Assembly (NCBI GenBank): GCA_951406725.2
Contig: OX597816.1
Coordinates: 166,842,001 to 166,906,000 of the forward strand
Source of the DNA: Octopus vulgaris
Taxonomy: Eukaryota
Length of the DNA stretch: 64,000 nucleotides
Direction: 5' to 3'
The notes beneath the pieces were generated by a model. It made no database searches, was not told the origin of the DNA, and saw only the letters and a list, made by a program, of their open reading frames with translations. Positions 44,468 through 58,272 of this stretch are shown piece by piece. The first letter of the stretch is position 1. Every line of letters begins with the position of its first letter. A program made the position numbers and the translations under genes.

Positions 44468-44848
44468 GTGCTGTGCTGTGCTGTGTTGTCATATATACGG
44501 TGGTGTCATGACACACTAAAAAAATGCGGCGACATGGGGGTGGTGTATACGGTTTGGGGTGAACGTCGGCTTAAATGACACAATTTTGCTTTTATCAGAT
44601 GTTACCTGCAAAAGAATGTGTTCGCCGAGTCATTGTCACAGCCCAGTGCGCGCAGGAATTTCAAATGATTGTATTTAAATTGCCTGAAAGTCTATAAGTA
44701 ATGTGTTTATCAGATTAGAAATATCAGGGGTCCCTAGAAGTAGTGCAAAGGCGTGAAAGAGAAGTTTGAAACGATTTGGCGCAGTCGTTTTGGCGCCGCC
44801 CATTTGAGCTCCGACGTTTTAAGATTTCTCTCCCTCTTTCTCACTCCT

Positions 44849-44923
<75 letters not shown>

Positions 44924-44981
44924 GAGTATATGTCTTTGTGTATGAAGAAGGTAAAAGTGTTTCTATGAATCGTGTTCATAT

Positions 44982-45396
44982 ACTCTTTTACTTGTTTCAG
45001 TCATTTGACTGCGGCCATGCTGGAGCACCACCTTTAGTCGAGCAAATCGACACCAGCACTTATTCTTTGTAAGCCTAGTACTAATTCTATCGGTCTCTTT
45101 AGCCGAACCGCTGAGTTACGGGGACGTAAACACACCAGCATCGGTTGTCAAGCGATGTTGGGGAGACAAACACAGACACACAAAAATATGCACACACACA
45201 TACATACATGTATACATATACATATATGCGACGGGCTTCTTTTAGTTTCCGTCTACCAAATCCACTCACAAGGCTTTGGTCGGTCGGCCCGAGGCTATAG
45301 TAGAAGACACTTGCGCAAGGTGTCACACAGTGGGACTGTACCCGAAACCATGTGGCTGGTAAGCAAGCTACTTACCACACAGCCACTCCTCCGCCT
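44982..45396 (-). mobile_element. SINE family A
   Basis: Reverse-complement full-length copy. Confidence 0.88.
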
Positions 45397-46116
45397 ATAT
45401 AATTATTTGTGATATCTCTGCCTCTTTCCTATTCTTTTGATCCGTGTATGCATATTTCTTTGTGTCTGTGTTTGTCCACCCCACCGCTCGAAAACTGGTG
45501 TTGGCTTTGTTTACACCTCCGTAACTAAGCGGTTCGACAAAACAGTCCGCTAGAATAAGTACCAGGCTTTTAAAATATAAAGTACTGGGGCTGATTCTTC
45601 GACTAAACTTCTTTAAAGCGGTTCCCCCGCATGGCTGTAGTCTAATGAGCGAAACAAGTATAAGAGAAACGATATGAAAATAACACCGCGATACAACATG
45701 AATTAACATATTTATGGCATAAACCAACCAATCATAAGGCGTCGTTTGGGATTTTTGGTTCGTGGGGCTTTTTCTTCTTTTTTTTAAAACTTTCTGGCAC
45801 CACTCTCGAAGGGAAGTTATTCAGCTCCAAGATGTCTTCTTTGATTGGGTAGTTTAACTCTTGTTTTTTGAATTTTTAAGAATCCATAGAATACATTCGA
45901 ACAGATGTAGCAATAGATATTGCGTTTGGAGTTAAATTAGTGAAGGGCAAAAAGAATCAAATTATTCAGACAAGCCCTTTCCGAGGCCATTGGACTAAAA
46001 AGCTTCTGGAGATTGCTGAGACATGAAACTCTGAGTTCGTACAACTTCCAAATGAAGACAGTGTGTGATGATTTGTACAACTTTACAAAGTAACGAGTTT
46101 CAATTATATATATATA

Positions 46117-46149
<33 letters not shown>

Positions 46150-47213
46150 TGTATGTATGTATGTATGTATGTATGGATGGATGTATGGATGGATGGATGG
46201 ATGGATGGACGGACGGACGGACGGACGGACGGACGGACGGACGGATGGATGGATGGATTCGTGTGTTTCAAGAACTAAACCAGGGTAACGACATCCCAAC
46301 GTTTCCTAAATAAAAGCTATCGTATTTACTCGTATTTACTCGTTTATAAGTCGCACTATTCTATTCTTGATTTTAAGTGGGAAGCAAAAAGCCTGGGTGC
46401 CACTTATAAACGGGCAAATATAAAATTATAAAGGGAAAAAAATTTGTACCAAGATTTAACACAAAATTAGAAGTGTGACTTATTACACTACTAAATAACT
46501 AAATCATTTGGCTATTTGATATCAGCTCTGATAAAGTTCTTCATGCTTCCGCTGTCAACTGAAATGTGTGTTGATTGAAAGTTAATTACAAAATAAACAA
46601 ACGCACGAGGATAAATGACTGTCTCATTAAAGCTGAAAAACTTAAACAGAGTTGAAGAGATTCATACGTTCGAGATTGGTTTATCGTCTGCTTTATAATG
46701 GCGTCCTGTAGAGTCATCACGTGATTTATAAACATGAAAAAACACGGCCGTTTTTATCTCACACTTGCGATATGACATATCTTGATGGGTATTTTCTGTA
46801 GCTATGTCTATACTCCAAACGAAAGAAAACTAAAACAAATATACTATGAGAAGCAACAGCTGAAATAGCTTGCTCAGATTCTGACTGCATTTTTCTTTGC
46901 AACTGTAATAGCATTTAAAAGGATATTCTGATTAACTGTTAGCATTCTATAAAGCTGAGTCTAACGTTATGGTTTGTGAGAATGCTGTTGCTTTTAAGTG
47001 GAACGTTTTATTTTTGAGTATAGTGTGTCAAGTATCCATTAAACAATTTTTTAAGCGACACACCCTTGGAAGCTGAACTCATGCCAAAAGTCTTAAGACT
47101 TGAAGAAATTGATCCCGTGTTTCTAGTGGCGGTTGCTCACAAGCTATAAGTTGATGTGTTAAAATACGCTCATCGACTGATTTAATGTGAATACTCTTTA
47201 TGCACTTCATCAC

Positions 47214-47424
47214 CTCTTTTACTTGTTTCAGTCATGTAACTGTGGCCATGCTGGAGCACCGCCTTTAGTCGAGCAAATCGACCCCAGGACTTATTTTTTG
47301 TAAGCCTAGTACTTATTCTAATGGTCTCTTTTGCCGAACCGCTAAGTTACGGGGACGTGAACACACCAGGATCGGTTGTCAAGCGATGTTGGGGGGACAA
47401 ACACAGACACACAAACATATACAC

Positions 47425-47481
<57 letters not shown>

Positions 47482-47645
47482 TACGACAGGCTTCTTTCAG
47501 TTTCCGTCTACCAAATCCACTCACAAGGCTTTGGTCGGCCCGAAGCTATATTAGATAACTCTTGCTCAAGGGGCCACGCAGTGGGACTGAACCCTGAACC
47601 GTGTGGTTGGTAAGCAAGCTACTTACTACACAGCCACTCCTGCAC
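47214..47645 (-). mobile_element. SINE family A
   Basis: Reverse-complement full-length copy. Confidence 0.88.
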
Positions 47646-47819
47646 CTTAAATACAATAGAAATATTTTTAAAGAATAAACAAGAAATTTGTAGTTTTAAG
47701 ATCGTGTATTTTTTTTTCCTTGAGTCCCAGGACTTATAAGGAGGCTTCCAATTTCATGGCGTGTAAGGGGCTGAGGTGACACCGTTCCTCCTGAACGAGT
47801 CGACGGTCCTACGCGGAGT

Positions 47820-48280
47820 TGAAAGCCAGTAATTTTGAAGGGGGGGAGTCGATTACATTGAACCCCACTCTCGGTAGTTGACTGGTATTTTGTTTTATCA
47901 ACCACGAAAAGGCCAGTCGATTAGATTGACCCCAGTACGTAACTGGTACTTAATTTATCGACCATGAAAGGATGAAAGGCAAAGTCGACCTCGGCGGAAT
48001 TTGAACGCAGAACGTAGAGACAGACGAAATACCTATTTCTTTACTACCTACAAAGGGTTAAACACGGAGAGGGCAAACAAGGACAGACAAACGGATTAAG
48101 TCGATTATATCGACCCCAGTGCGTAACTGGTACTTATTTAATCGACACCGAAAAGATGAAAGGCAAAGTCAACCTCGGCGGAATTTGAACTCAGAACGTA
48201 GCAGACGAAATACTGCTAAGCAGAGGAAATACCGCTAAGCATTTCGCCCGGCGTGCTAACGTTTCTGCCAGCTCGCCGCC
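47820..48280 (-). mobile_element. SINE family B array
   Basis: Reverse-complement cores. Confidence 0.85.
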
Positions 48281-48660
48281 TATTAATGACTTCATCTACT
48301 CTCTTTGCGAGATTTTAATTAGATTAAGAAATTTTGTGTAAGCTATTTGTGGGACGCACCTGTTTCTAGCGCCTCCGGCGACCGCCTACTTTGTGAAGTA
48401 TGTAACACCGTCCTTGATCTTCAAAAGGAACGATAAGATATCTGTACACCTAGAGTTTATTCAACAAATAATATCACAGCTCGATATCCGGTTTAAGTAA
48501 AGGCGGAGTACCCACACACCTTAAGATACTCGGTTATCAAAAGAACGCAAAAGTTACAAGTTCTTAGACAAAAGCATTACAGCATCATAAAGATATATTT
48601 CTAGATGCTTGACGATAATTAGTTTTTACTTATTTTTTAAATTTTATTTGAAAATACATT

Positions 48661-48883
48661 GGGGTTCCTATATACGAACATAGCGTAGCGTTCGTATATG
48701 CTCTCCCAGTACGTATACGCGTGCGTGGTCTACACGTGGTTTGTTATTCAAATTTCAACGCGTTGTTTGCTCGTGATTCGTGCATCAAATTTCAGCTCTT
48801 TATGGGGGTTTAATTTTTTTCAGAAAAACACTTCGTTATTCAATTTGTTCGTTTTTAGAGAACCGTTCGTATATAGGTACCCC
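48661..48883. mobile_element. MITE with 19-bp TIRs (PIF/Harbinger-like)
   Basis: GGGGTTCCTATATACGAAC ... GTTCGTATATAGGTACCCC (1 mismatch); 3-bp flanks att/act. Confidence 0.7.
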
Positions 48884-48998
48884 ACTATATGTGATTAAAG
48901 CGATACCATACCCACTTTCAATACGTTCAAGCAGATTCAAACGTGAATATCTTATCACCGTTGTTTTTTTCGTCATCGGAGAACATCTCCCCTTAGAC

Positions 48999-49618
48999 CA
49001 GTGGTGCTTAATCATTTTTTTACCTATGGACACCTTTGATTTCTATTGTATTCTACTGGACCTCTATGGCCATTCACTGAATTAAAAAATATATATATTA
49101 CTGTACTTCTAAAATTGAATATTACAGGTATCTAACCTCTTATCCGGAATTCATAAATCCGGAATTACCAGAAATCCGGCTATTTTTGAAACTGGCCAGC
49201 TTAGAATTTTGCGGGCTGTAGTAGTTCGCCGCGCGGCCGTTTTGTTTTGGTTTCCGTGGCGTATACGTCACCACAGGATGCCAGATCAAACAGAGCCTGC
49301 TTTAGAAATGTATTAATTTGTATATGTTACACAATTTTGTTCTTTACTTTTCGTTGTTTGTTTTATATTTTCGCTATATATTTAGCCTATGTCCAGAAAT
49401 CTGGAAAATCCAGAATTCCGGGAAATCAGAAATCCGGAAACTCCAGAAATTTGGATCACCTCCGATCCCAAGGTTGCTGGATAAGAGGTTTGCTACCTGT
49501 ATTAGGAATTGTATTTAAAAAATTAAAATATTTTGTAAGTAATTTATTGCTCATAAATTTTAACAAAATCTTATATGGAACCACAAGGGTCATATTGACC
49601 CCGGTTGGGAACCCACTG
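48999..49618. mobile_element. hAT-like MITE with a nested insertion
   Basis: TIRs CAGTGGTGCTTAA / TTGGGAACCCACTG; 8-bp TSD ccttagac/ttttagac. Confidence 0.75.
49125..49499. mobile_element. Tc1/mariner-pogo-type MITE nested in the hAT MITE
   Basis: TA|CAGGTATCTAACCTCTTATCCGG ... CTGGATAAGAGGTTTGCTACCTG|TA; subterminal ATCCGGAA repeats. Confidence 0.8.
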
Positions 49619-50079
49619 TTTTAGACGATGCGCATTCATAACGCCCATGATTCGCTGGATTAAAACGGAAATATAAATTCCTTACCGTTTTAGTTTAGTC
49701 TAACCCAGCAGACTTATTATGACTAATCGTTAACAAACCCATATTTCCTATTTTCGGGCGTATGGTGTACCTAGGAAAACATTACTCAATGCCTCTGTAT
49801 CGTTTTGTAAACAGCGGGGTTTAATTTGCGGTGAGGTTTGGCTGCTATTTTTAGCATGTCAAGTAGTCACGTTGGGCGATGGAGGAGGATGTTACTCATT
49901 GGTTTGTAATATTAGAATGTGGATATCTAAGTTGGAGATTTGTAAACAAAAGTGTCAAATATCAACACAACTGTCGAGAATCTATCTAAATATATAGTTC
50001 TTATAAACAGATTCTGCTTCTTCTTCTAATTATTATTATTATCATTATTATTATTATTATTATTATTATCATTATTATT

Positions 50080-51007
50080 AAAGCATTCGCCGAACTAGAA
50101 TCAAGCCTTCACCGAACTAGCAGAAGACGAATGTCTGGTGCTTTCAAATCACCAGTGCTCCGGGTAGGCTGAGGTCGTTAACCTTGGATGGCAATCAACC
50201 TAGGTGAAGGACCACTCTGGTTTCAAAACGAAGGGAACAAGGCCTCTTCCTCCTTGGGGGGCGACCTTGTTAGATAGAGATGGTGTCTCAATTAAAATAC
50301 CTATTTCTTTATTACCCACAAGGGGCTAAATACAGAGGGGACAAACAAGGACAGACATAGGTATTAAGTCGATTACATCGATCCCAGTGCGTAACTGGTA
50401 CTTAATTTATCGACCCCGAAAGGATGAAAGGCAAAGTCGACCTCGGCGGAATTTGAACTCACAACGTAACGCAGACGAAATACCGCTAAGCATTTCGCCC
50501 GGCGTGCTAACGTTTCTGCCAGCTCGCCGGTTGGTGGTAACCTAAAAGCGCAACTCCTTTATGAGTGAAAATGTGAAGCACAAATAGCTAAAGATAACGG
50601 TGTGGATAGGACTGGAACTAATGATGAAGGTGCCGCATCTGACAGGTGTCCCATTGTGCAGCAGGGAGGGCCCGGTCGTAATCCAGCCACTGCTAACCAC
50701 GTTGCGAGACAAAAGTGGAGTAAACAAGTAAACGTGGTGATTATGGAGTGTTACTATCGGAGCATTCCAGTTGATGCAAATGGCGTGCCAGTCGGAGGAT
50801 ACAGACAACGATGTGTTAGTACTCAACTACAAACACGGCTCAAAAAGATTGGTACAAATGTAAAGATAGAACACCTACAAAAGTCATCATTGCTTGGAAG
50901 TGCAAGGGTTTTCCGAAAAGCTTTTGAAGCATGATCAGTAAACAAGTGTCACCTTAGTCTGATGGCTGTAGATAGCAGCAAAACAAGCTAAAAGTTTTCA
51001 TCAAACA
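50080..51007 (+). mobile_element. Internally deleted R4/Dong-like element (ORF N-terminus fused to C-terminus), SINE inserted at ~50297-50528
   Basis: ORF 50602-50934 joins RQKWSKQVNVVIMECYYRS..GYRQR (Dong/R4-type N-terminus) to LQKSSLLGSARVFRK (RLE C-terminus). Followed by (TAA)n. Confidence 0.65.
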
Positions 51008-51013
51008 ATAATG

Positions 51014-51053
<40 letters not shown>

Positions 51054-51055
<2 letters not shown>

Positions 51056-51608
51056 GCCCTGATGTAGTACCAAGCAGTGGCTCTCGTGGCTTCTGATCTT
51101 CACTGATTGGAAGTGTTATCATGTACATTGTTTTTTCTTGGTATAAAAGATGGGCTACAGCAAATATTCTGCTCAATACCACAGATTTGCTTGTCAGTTA
51201 TTTTACCTTAACCAGTTGACCATGTCCCTTAGTGGCTGACAATATGTGCATCTCTGATCACGAGCAGAAGTAGTGGGGGAGCATCATAGCTATGGGTTGA
51301 GAGAATTTTGGGGGGTTTGAATAATTCACCTCTGGAAACATGGGTGTTTCGTTCAACATCCTTAAACAACCCTTATTCAGGGACCTATTGAGCGGGATGG
51401 GTTACTCGACCAGACGAAAATTCTAACTGGGTCCCACCTGCAAGGTCATGTGCTGTTTATCTTGTTATGAGATCACCATGTCGCGCACATATGGTTGTGA
51501 TGCATGTGCCTGATGTACCCTTATCAGACGGGTAGTCATGATGGGTATACTGGGCTTCGTATATTTTACCCCAGTGTCACTTTGATGGCATGCACTGCTC
51601 TCTCACTC

Positions 51609-51648
<40 letters not shown>

Positions 51649-52113
51649 TTGTTTTGTCTTGGTATAAAAGATGGGCTACAGCAAATATTCTGCTCAATAC
51701 CAGATTTGCTTGTCTGTTGATTAACCTTAACCAGCTGAGCATGTCCCTTGATGGTTGACGATATGTGCATCTCTGATCACGAGCAAGAGTAGTTGGGGAG
51801 CATCATAGCCATGTGTTGAAAGGACTTCTTAGAGGAATGGATAATTCACCTCTGGAAACATGGGTGTTTCGTTCAACATCCCTTATGAGCGGGATGGGCT
51901 ACTCAACCAGAACAAAATTCTAACTGGGCCCCACCTGCAAGGTCATGTGCTGTTTATCTTGATATGAGATCACCATGTCGCGCACATATGGTTGTGATGC
52001 ATGTGCGCATGTGCCTAGTGTACCCTTATCAAACGGGTAGTCATGATGGGTATACTGGGCTTCGTATATTTTACCCCAGTGTCATTTTGATGGCATGCAC
52101 TGCTCTCTCATTC

Positions 52114-52162
<49 letters not shown>

Positions 52163-52760
52163 TTGTTTTGTCTTGGTATAAAAGATGGGCTACAGCAAAT
52201 ATTCTGCTCAATACCAGATTTGCTTGTCTGTTGATTAACCTTAACCAGTTGAGCATGTCTTTTAGTCGCCGACAATATGTGCATCTCTGATCCCGAGCAG
52301 GAGCAGTGGGAGAGCATCATAGCCATGTGTTGAGAGGAATTCTTAGAGGTTTGAATAATTCATCTCTGGAAACATGGGTGTTTCGTTCATCATCCTTAAA
52401 ACAAACCTTATTCAGGGACCTATTGAACGGGATGGACTACTAGGCCTGAAGAAAGTTCTAACTGGCCCCACCTACAAGGCCATGCTCTGTTTCTCTTGAT
52501 ATTAGATCACCATATCGTGCACATATGGTTGTGATGTATATGCCTGGTGTACCCTTATCAGATGAATAGTCATAATGAGTACATTGGGCTTCGTATATTT
52601 GCACACCAGTGTCACTTTGATGGCATGCACTGCTCCCTCACTCAATAACAATAAAAATGCGTTCAGCTACAATACCAGGTAATGGCTTTCATGGTTTCTG
52701 ATCTTAACTGATTGGAAGTGTTAACATGTACACAGATTTGCTTGTCGGTTGCTTGATCTT
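51054..52760 (+). repeat. Tandem array of a ~470-560-bp non-coding interspersed element (family D) punctuated by (TAA)n
   Basis: Units ~51054-51610, 51647-52114, 52161-52645 plus a partial fourth; each ends in a ctctcactcaa-like motif followed by TAA repeats. Confidence 0.9.
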
Positions 52761-52828
52761 AACAATTAGTGTAGGGAAGATGAGGGAAAGTAAAGGGAGA
52801 GGAGGGTGAATGAGATAAAATTATACAT

Positions 52829-53115
52829 AGGCGCAGGAGTGGCTGTGTGGTAAGTAGCTTGCTAACCAACCACATGGTTCCGGGTTCAGTCCCACTGCGT
52901 GGCATCTTGGGCAAGTGTCTCCTGCTATAGCCCCGGGCCGACCAATGCCTTGTGAGTGGATTTGGTAGACGGAAACTGAAAGAAGCCTGTCGTATATATG
53001 TATATATATATGTGTGTGTGTGTGTGTTTATGTTTGTGTGTCTGTATTTGTCCCCCTAGCATTGCTTGACAACCGATGCTGGTGTGTTTACGTCCCCGTC
53101 ACTTAGCGGTTCAGC
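52829..53115 (+). mobile_element. SINE family A, 3'-truncated
   Basis: Intact head; ends after cttagcggttc. Confidence 0.85.
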
Positions 53116-53429
53116 CACTGAACAGAGAAACACAACCGTGTTAAAGTTGGTTGGTGGGGCGGTCCTCAGCCGATTGTCAGATGTCCTACACGCGTCAACA
53201 GCTGTTCGATAGAGAACTCCACAAGTCAGTAGTATTCCAGCATTCCACGAGTGCATGCATTACAGTTTCGTCCAAATTTTGGCACAAGGCCAGTAATTTT
53301 GAAGGGAGGGGGGCTTAATCGATTACAATGACCCCAGTTAGAACTTGAATGGTAATTCATGTTATCGCTCCCGAAGGGATGAAAGGCAAAATTGACCTCA
53401 GCGATATTTAGATGTCCTACACGAGTCAA

Positions 53430-53897
53430 AGGTGGCGAGCTGGCAGAAACGTTAGCATGCCGGGCGAAATGCTTAGCAGTATTTCGTCTGCCGCTACGTT
53501 CTGAGTTCAAATTCCGCCGAGGTCGACTTTGTCTTTCATCCCTTGTGGGTAGTAAAGAAATAGGTATTTCGTCTGCCCTTACGTTCTGAGTTCAAATTCC
53601 TTTCATCCTTTCGGGGTCGATTAAATAAGTACCAGTTACGCACTGGGGTCGATATAATCGACTTAATTCGTGTGTCTGTCCTTGTTTGTCCCCTCTGTGT
53701 TTAGCCTCTTGTGGGCAATAAAGAAATAAGAAACGTTAGCATGCCGGACGAAATGCTTAGCTGCATTTCGTTCGTCTTTACTTTCTGGCTTTGTCTTTCG
53801 GAGTCGATCAAATAAGTACCGGTTGGACACTGGAGTCGATGTAATTGACTTAGCTCCACCCCGAAATTGCTGGCCTTGTGCCAAAATTTGAAACCAA
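53430..53897 (+). mobile_element. SINE family B array with internal deletions
   Basis: Head plus three partial cores. Confidence 0.8.
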
Positions 53898-54983
53898 CTA
53901 AACATGATGTGAAGGCGCGTGGCCTAGTGGTTTTGCGTGTGGGTTAAGCACTCACGACGTCACGATCATGGGGTCGATTCCCAGACCAGTTACGCGCTGT
54001 GTTCTTGAGCAAAACAGCTCATTCTATGTTGGTCTAGTCCAATAAGCTGTAACTGGATACACTCTGCTTCGGACTAGCCTCCCAATCAGGAGGAACGTTA
54101 GCCTGTCCGCCTGGCACCACTCAAAAGCTAAAACGATGCAAAGCGAATTGTGACCAGCTCTGTATAACAACATCCTTTAGTCTGGTCGTTCACGTGATCA
54201 CGTGAACTAAGTATGATGCGTTTACGGAATTAGCCTGGAAAGTTAAAACTATGTTAAACGAAATTATTTCATTTCTAAGATGTAAACAACTTTGGTTGCC
54301 ATCTGGATTCTTGGCGCTCTGCCAATGAACTTTTGCATTAATTAGCACTAGACGGAATGGTAAATGGCACTTAGTGCGCAACAGAATTCATTGCATCTTT
54401 TTTTTTTCTTCTTGATAAGCTGATAGGATACAGGACTAAAACTATATCGATCTTTTGAAAATCGAAGAAAAGAATCATTAATTGAAATTTAAGCTTGATG
54501 CGTTGATTAATTGGCGGGCTGTTTTGCCATGAATGTGTGTGTGTGTGTGTTTGTGTGTGCATTCGTATGTGTGATGGTTATGTGTTTGTATGTGTGATTT
54601 TTGTGTGTGCGCGCGAGCATTTGTGAGTGTGTGCGTGTGTTTTAATGCAAATATATATGAATATATATATATATGTATGTTTATGTTTGTGCGTGTGTAT
54701 ATATATATATGAGTGTGTGTGTATGTGTTTCTTTATTACCCACATAGAAGGGACAAACAAGGACAGACAAATGGATTAAGTCGATTACATCGACCCCAGT
54801 GCATAACTAGTACTTAATTTATCGACCCCGAAAGGATGAAAGGCAAAGTCGACCTCAGCGGAATTTGAACTCAGAACGTAACAACAGACGAAATACGGCT
54901 ACGCATTTCGCCCGGCGTGCTAACGTTTCTGCCAGCTCGCCGCCTTGTATGTGCTAAATATAGGAAGAGCATGTGTATACCGT

Positions 54984-55229
54984 GTGGAGACGCGTGGCTT
55001 AGTGGTTAGGGTGTCAGCATCATGATCGTAAGATTGTGGTTTCGATTCCTGGACCGGGTGATGCGTTGTGTTCTCGAGCAAAACACTTCATTTCACGTTG
55101 CTCCAGTCCATTCAGCTGGCAAAAATGAGTAACGCTGCGATGGACTGACTCAATACCAGCTGGAGAACACATACACCATAGAAACCGGGAAACCGGGCCC
55201 ATGAGCCTGGCTAGGCCTTAAAAGGGCGC
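54984..55229 (+). mobile_element. CORE-like SINE (E-type head) with the alternative tail
   Basis: tggcttagtgg / ggtttcgattcc; ttctcgagcaaaacacttca; tail as in the 25098 copy. Confidence 0.8.
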
Positions 55230-55236
55230 ATTTATT

Positions 55237-55278
<42 letters not shown>

Positions 55279-55521
55279 CAGGAAATCAGTGCGATTTTTT
55301 TAATGTTATTTACATTTATATTCTGGTCATACACACACACACAAACATAAATATGTATGCAACGGGCTTCTTTCAGTTTCCGTCTACTAAATCCACTCGC
55401 AAGGCTTTGGCCGGCCCGAATCCTTAAAAGACACTTACCGATGGTGCCACGCATTGGAACTGATCACGGAACCATGTCGTTGGGAAACAAACAACTTACC
55501 ACACAGCCATATATGTATGCG

Positions 55522-55579
<58 letters not shown>

Positions 55580-55911
55580 ATGCGCGCGCGTGCAGAATGA
55601 AACGAAATTAGTGTCAGTTGCCTTCTCCTGCGTTGTGAGTTCGAATATCAGCGACTGCTTATATTCTTCATATTTTGGTGGAAGGAATGTTGCTGTTGCT
55701 ATTGCTGTTTAGCCCTAGGTCAGCTCTGACCATCCAGACTTTCCACCGGAAACTGTAGTTCTTTAGAAGACGGCATGATATGATTTGCCAATGTAAGGAA
55801 TGTTTCTACTGTGGATTTAGAGGTGGTTTGGTGTCATGCTTTTACCGGGGTATCGAAACCCTGGAAGATGAGTGAAGGGACAGTCACACATTGGACATAG
55901 TCTTTTGTGTT

Positions 55912-56127
55912 ACTCTTTTACTCTTTTTACTTGTTTCAGTCATTTGACTGTGGCCATGCTGGAGCACCGCCTTTAATCGAGAAATCGACCCCAGCACTTA
56001 TTCTATCGGTATCTTTTGCCGAACCGCTAAGTTATGGAGACGTAAACACACCAGTATCGGTTGTCAAGCGATGTTGGGGGGACAAACACAGATACACAAA
56101 CACACACACACACACATACACACACAT

Positions 56128-56176
<49 letters not shown>

Positions 56177-56353
56177 CATATACATATACATATAGAACGG
56201 GCTTCTTTCAGTTTCCGTCTACCAAATCCACTCACAAGGCTTTGGTCGGCCCGAGGCTATAGTAGAAGACACTTGCTCAAGGTGCCACGCAGTGGGACTG
56301 AACCCGGAACCATGTGGTTGGTAAGCAAGATACTTACCACACAGCCACTCCTA
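55912..56353 (-). mobile_element. SINE family A
   Basis: Reverse-complement full-length copy. Confidence 0.88.
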
Positions 56354-57325
56354 CTGTTGGGAACAGTAACAGGTTTTTAGGATTCTGGGTTACATGTGTA
56401 GAAATTATTAAGGGTAATTAAGCATTTAATGGTGGTGGTGGTGATGATGGTGGTAGTGGTGTAAGATGTGCGGTTTGGCATTGGTTGGTATTGCTTGTAT
56501 GAATTGTGCGTCATGTCCCAGGTAAATGGGTGAAGTTACAGTCATTGCGCATGCGTAGTCTCTCGCGTTGTGAATAGCGACATATTTTGAGGGCTTCGTG
56601 TATTCATAATTTTATTTTATATACAGTTGGCAGATTTATCATGGAGCTGTCAGGTATACATTCAGGGTGGGGTGGACAGTAGTGGCCGGGGAGGAGAGAG
56701 AAAGGAGTGATTTTTTTTTTACTAATTGGGGTGGTAACGGTAATAGCAATAGAACACGATGTCAATGGGGATGAAGGGTCTCTTGTGCTATTCTGAGAAG
56801 AACTTGAGTGGCCTGACTGTGGAGAAGAGCCAGGGATTATGTTGTTAATAGGTCATCAATTGTTCTAGTATTGAAGAGTGACTTCTAATGCAGATCTTGT
56901 TGTTGTTGCTATTGTTTAGTTATGGTAAAGGTTTTAACAGTAGAACATGACGACAATGGCGATGATGGTTCATTTGTGTTATTCCAAGAAAATGTGGAGG
57001 TGGATAGCTGAACTGTGAAGGGCTCTTGATTGTAGAGTTTAATAATTCATCAATTGTGCTAGTAATGAGTTGGTAGCCGTGATTGTTGTTGTTGTTTTTA
57101 TATTGTTGTTATATAAAATTTAAATTTTAATGTTGGGGGTGCTTTAATTCAGTGATATATCTTTCTGGCAATTTTGTGGGGTTTTCTTTAGATTTATTTT
57201 AGTTCTTTGTTCTTGATATGTGAAGAAACTTAACTTCAAGCAACATTTTTACAGATCAATTTTTAAACACTATTTTCTAAGTCTGGGAAAGGTACGTAGG
57301 GGACGTAATGCTGAATTTTGATTAG

Positions 57326-57960
57326 GGCGGCGAGCTGGCAGAAACGTTAGCACGCCGGGCGGAATGTCTAGCGGTATTTCAACTGTCGCTACGTTCTGAG
57401 TTCAAATTCCGCCGAGGTCGACTTTGCCTTTCATCCTTTTGGAGTCGATAAATTAAGTACCAGTGGAGTACTGGAGTCGATCTAATCGATTGGCCCCCTC
57501 CCCAACAATTTCGGGCCTTGTGTCTAGAGTAGAAAAGAAAGGCTAGCACACCGGGCGAAATGCTTAGCAGTATTTCGTCTGCTGCTACGTTCTGAGTTCA
57601 AATTCCACCGAGGTCGACTGCCTTTCATCCTTTCGGGGTCGTTAAATAAAGTACCAGTTACGCACTGGGGTCGATATAATCGACTTAATCCGTTTGTCTG
57701 TCCTTGCTTGTCCTCTCTGTGTTTAGCCCCTTGTGGGTAGTAAAGAAATAGGTATTTCGTCTACTGCTACGTTCTAAGTTCAAATTCCGCCGAGGTCGAC
57801 TTTGCCTTTCATCCTGTCGGGGTCGATAAATTAAGTACCAGTTACGCACTGAGGTCGATCTAATCGACTGGCCCCCACCCTCAAAATTTCGACTTAATCC
57901 CTTTGTCTGTCCTTGTTTGTCCCCTCTATATTTAGCCTCTTTGGACAATAAAGAAATAAA
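57326..57960 (+). mobile_element. SINE family B trimer
   Basis: Three cores carrying both alternative tails. Confidence 0.85.
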
Positions 57961-58228
57961 TATTGAATTTTGCACACACACACACACACCCCACAGAATT
58001 TTAGGAGGTACTAGTGCACCACCCCCGCACCCCCTGTTCCCGTCATCTTTTGTGTGTGTATGTGTGTGTGTGTGTGTCTGTGCTTTTATTGTGTACAACA
58101 ATATATAATAAGTATAGATGTGTCTGACACTGGATAAAAGCGCTCAGCCAGCCGTTGCTAAGATCTTTTTTTTCAATAAGATTTGAAAATAATCGAGGCG
58201 AGGAAAAAACAACAGCACAGCTTTCTCC

Positions 58229-58272
<44 letters not shown>

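Noticed and set aside
49681-49740. GTAAGG donor-like site on - strand as an extra exon
   Set aside because: No open hydrophobic or otherwise plausible coding frame and no clear acceptor upstream.
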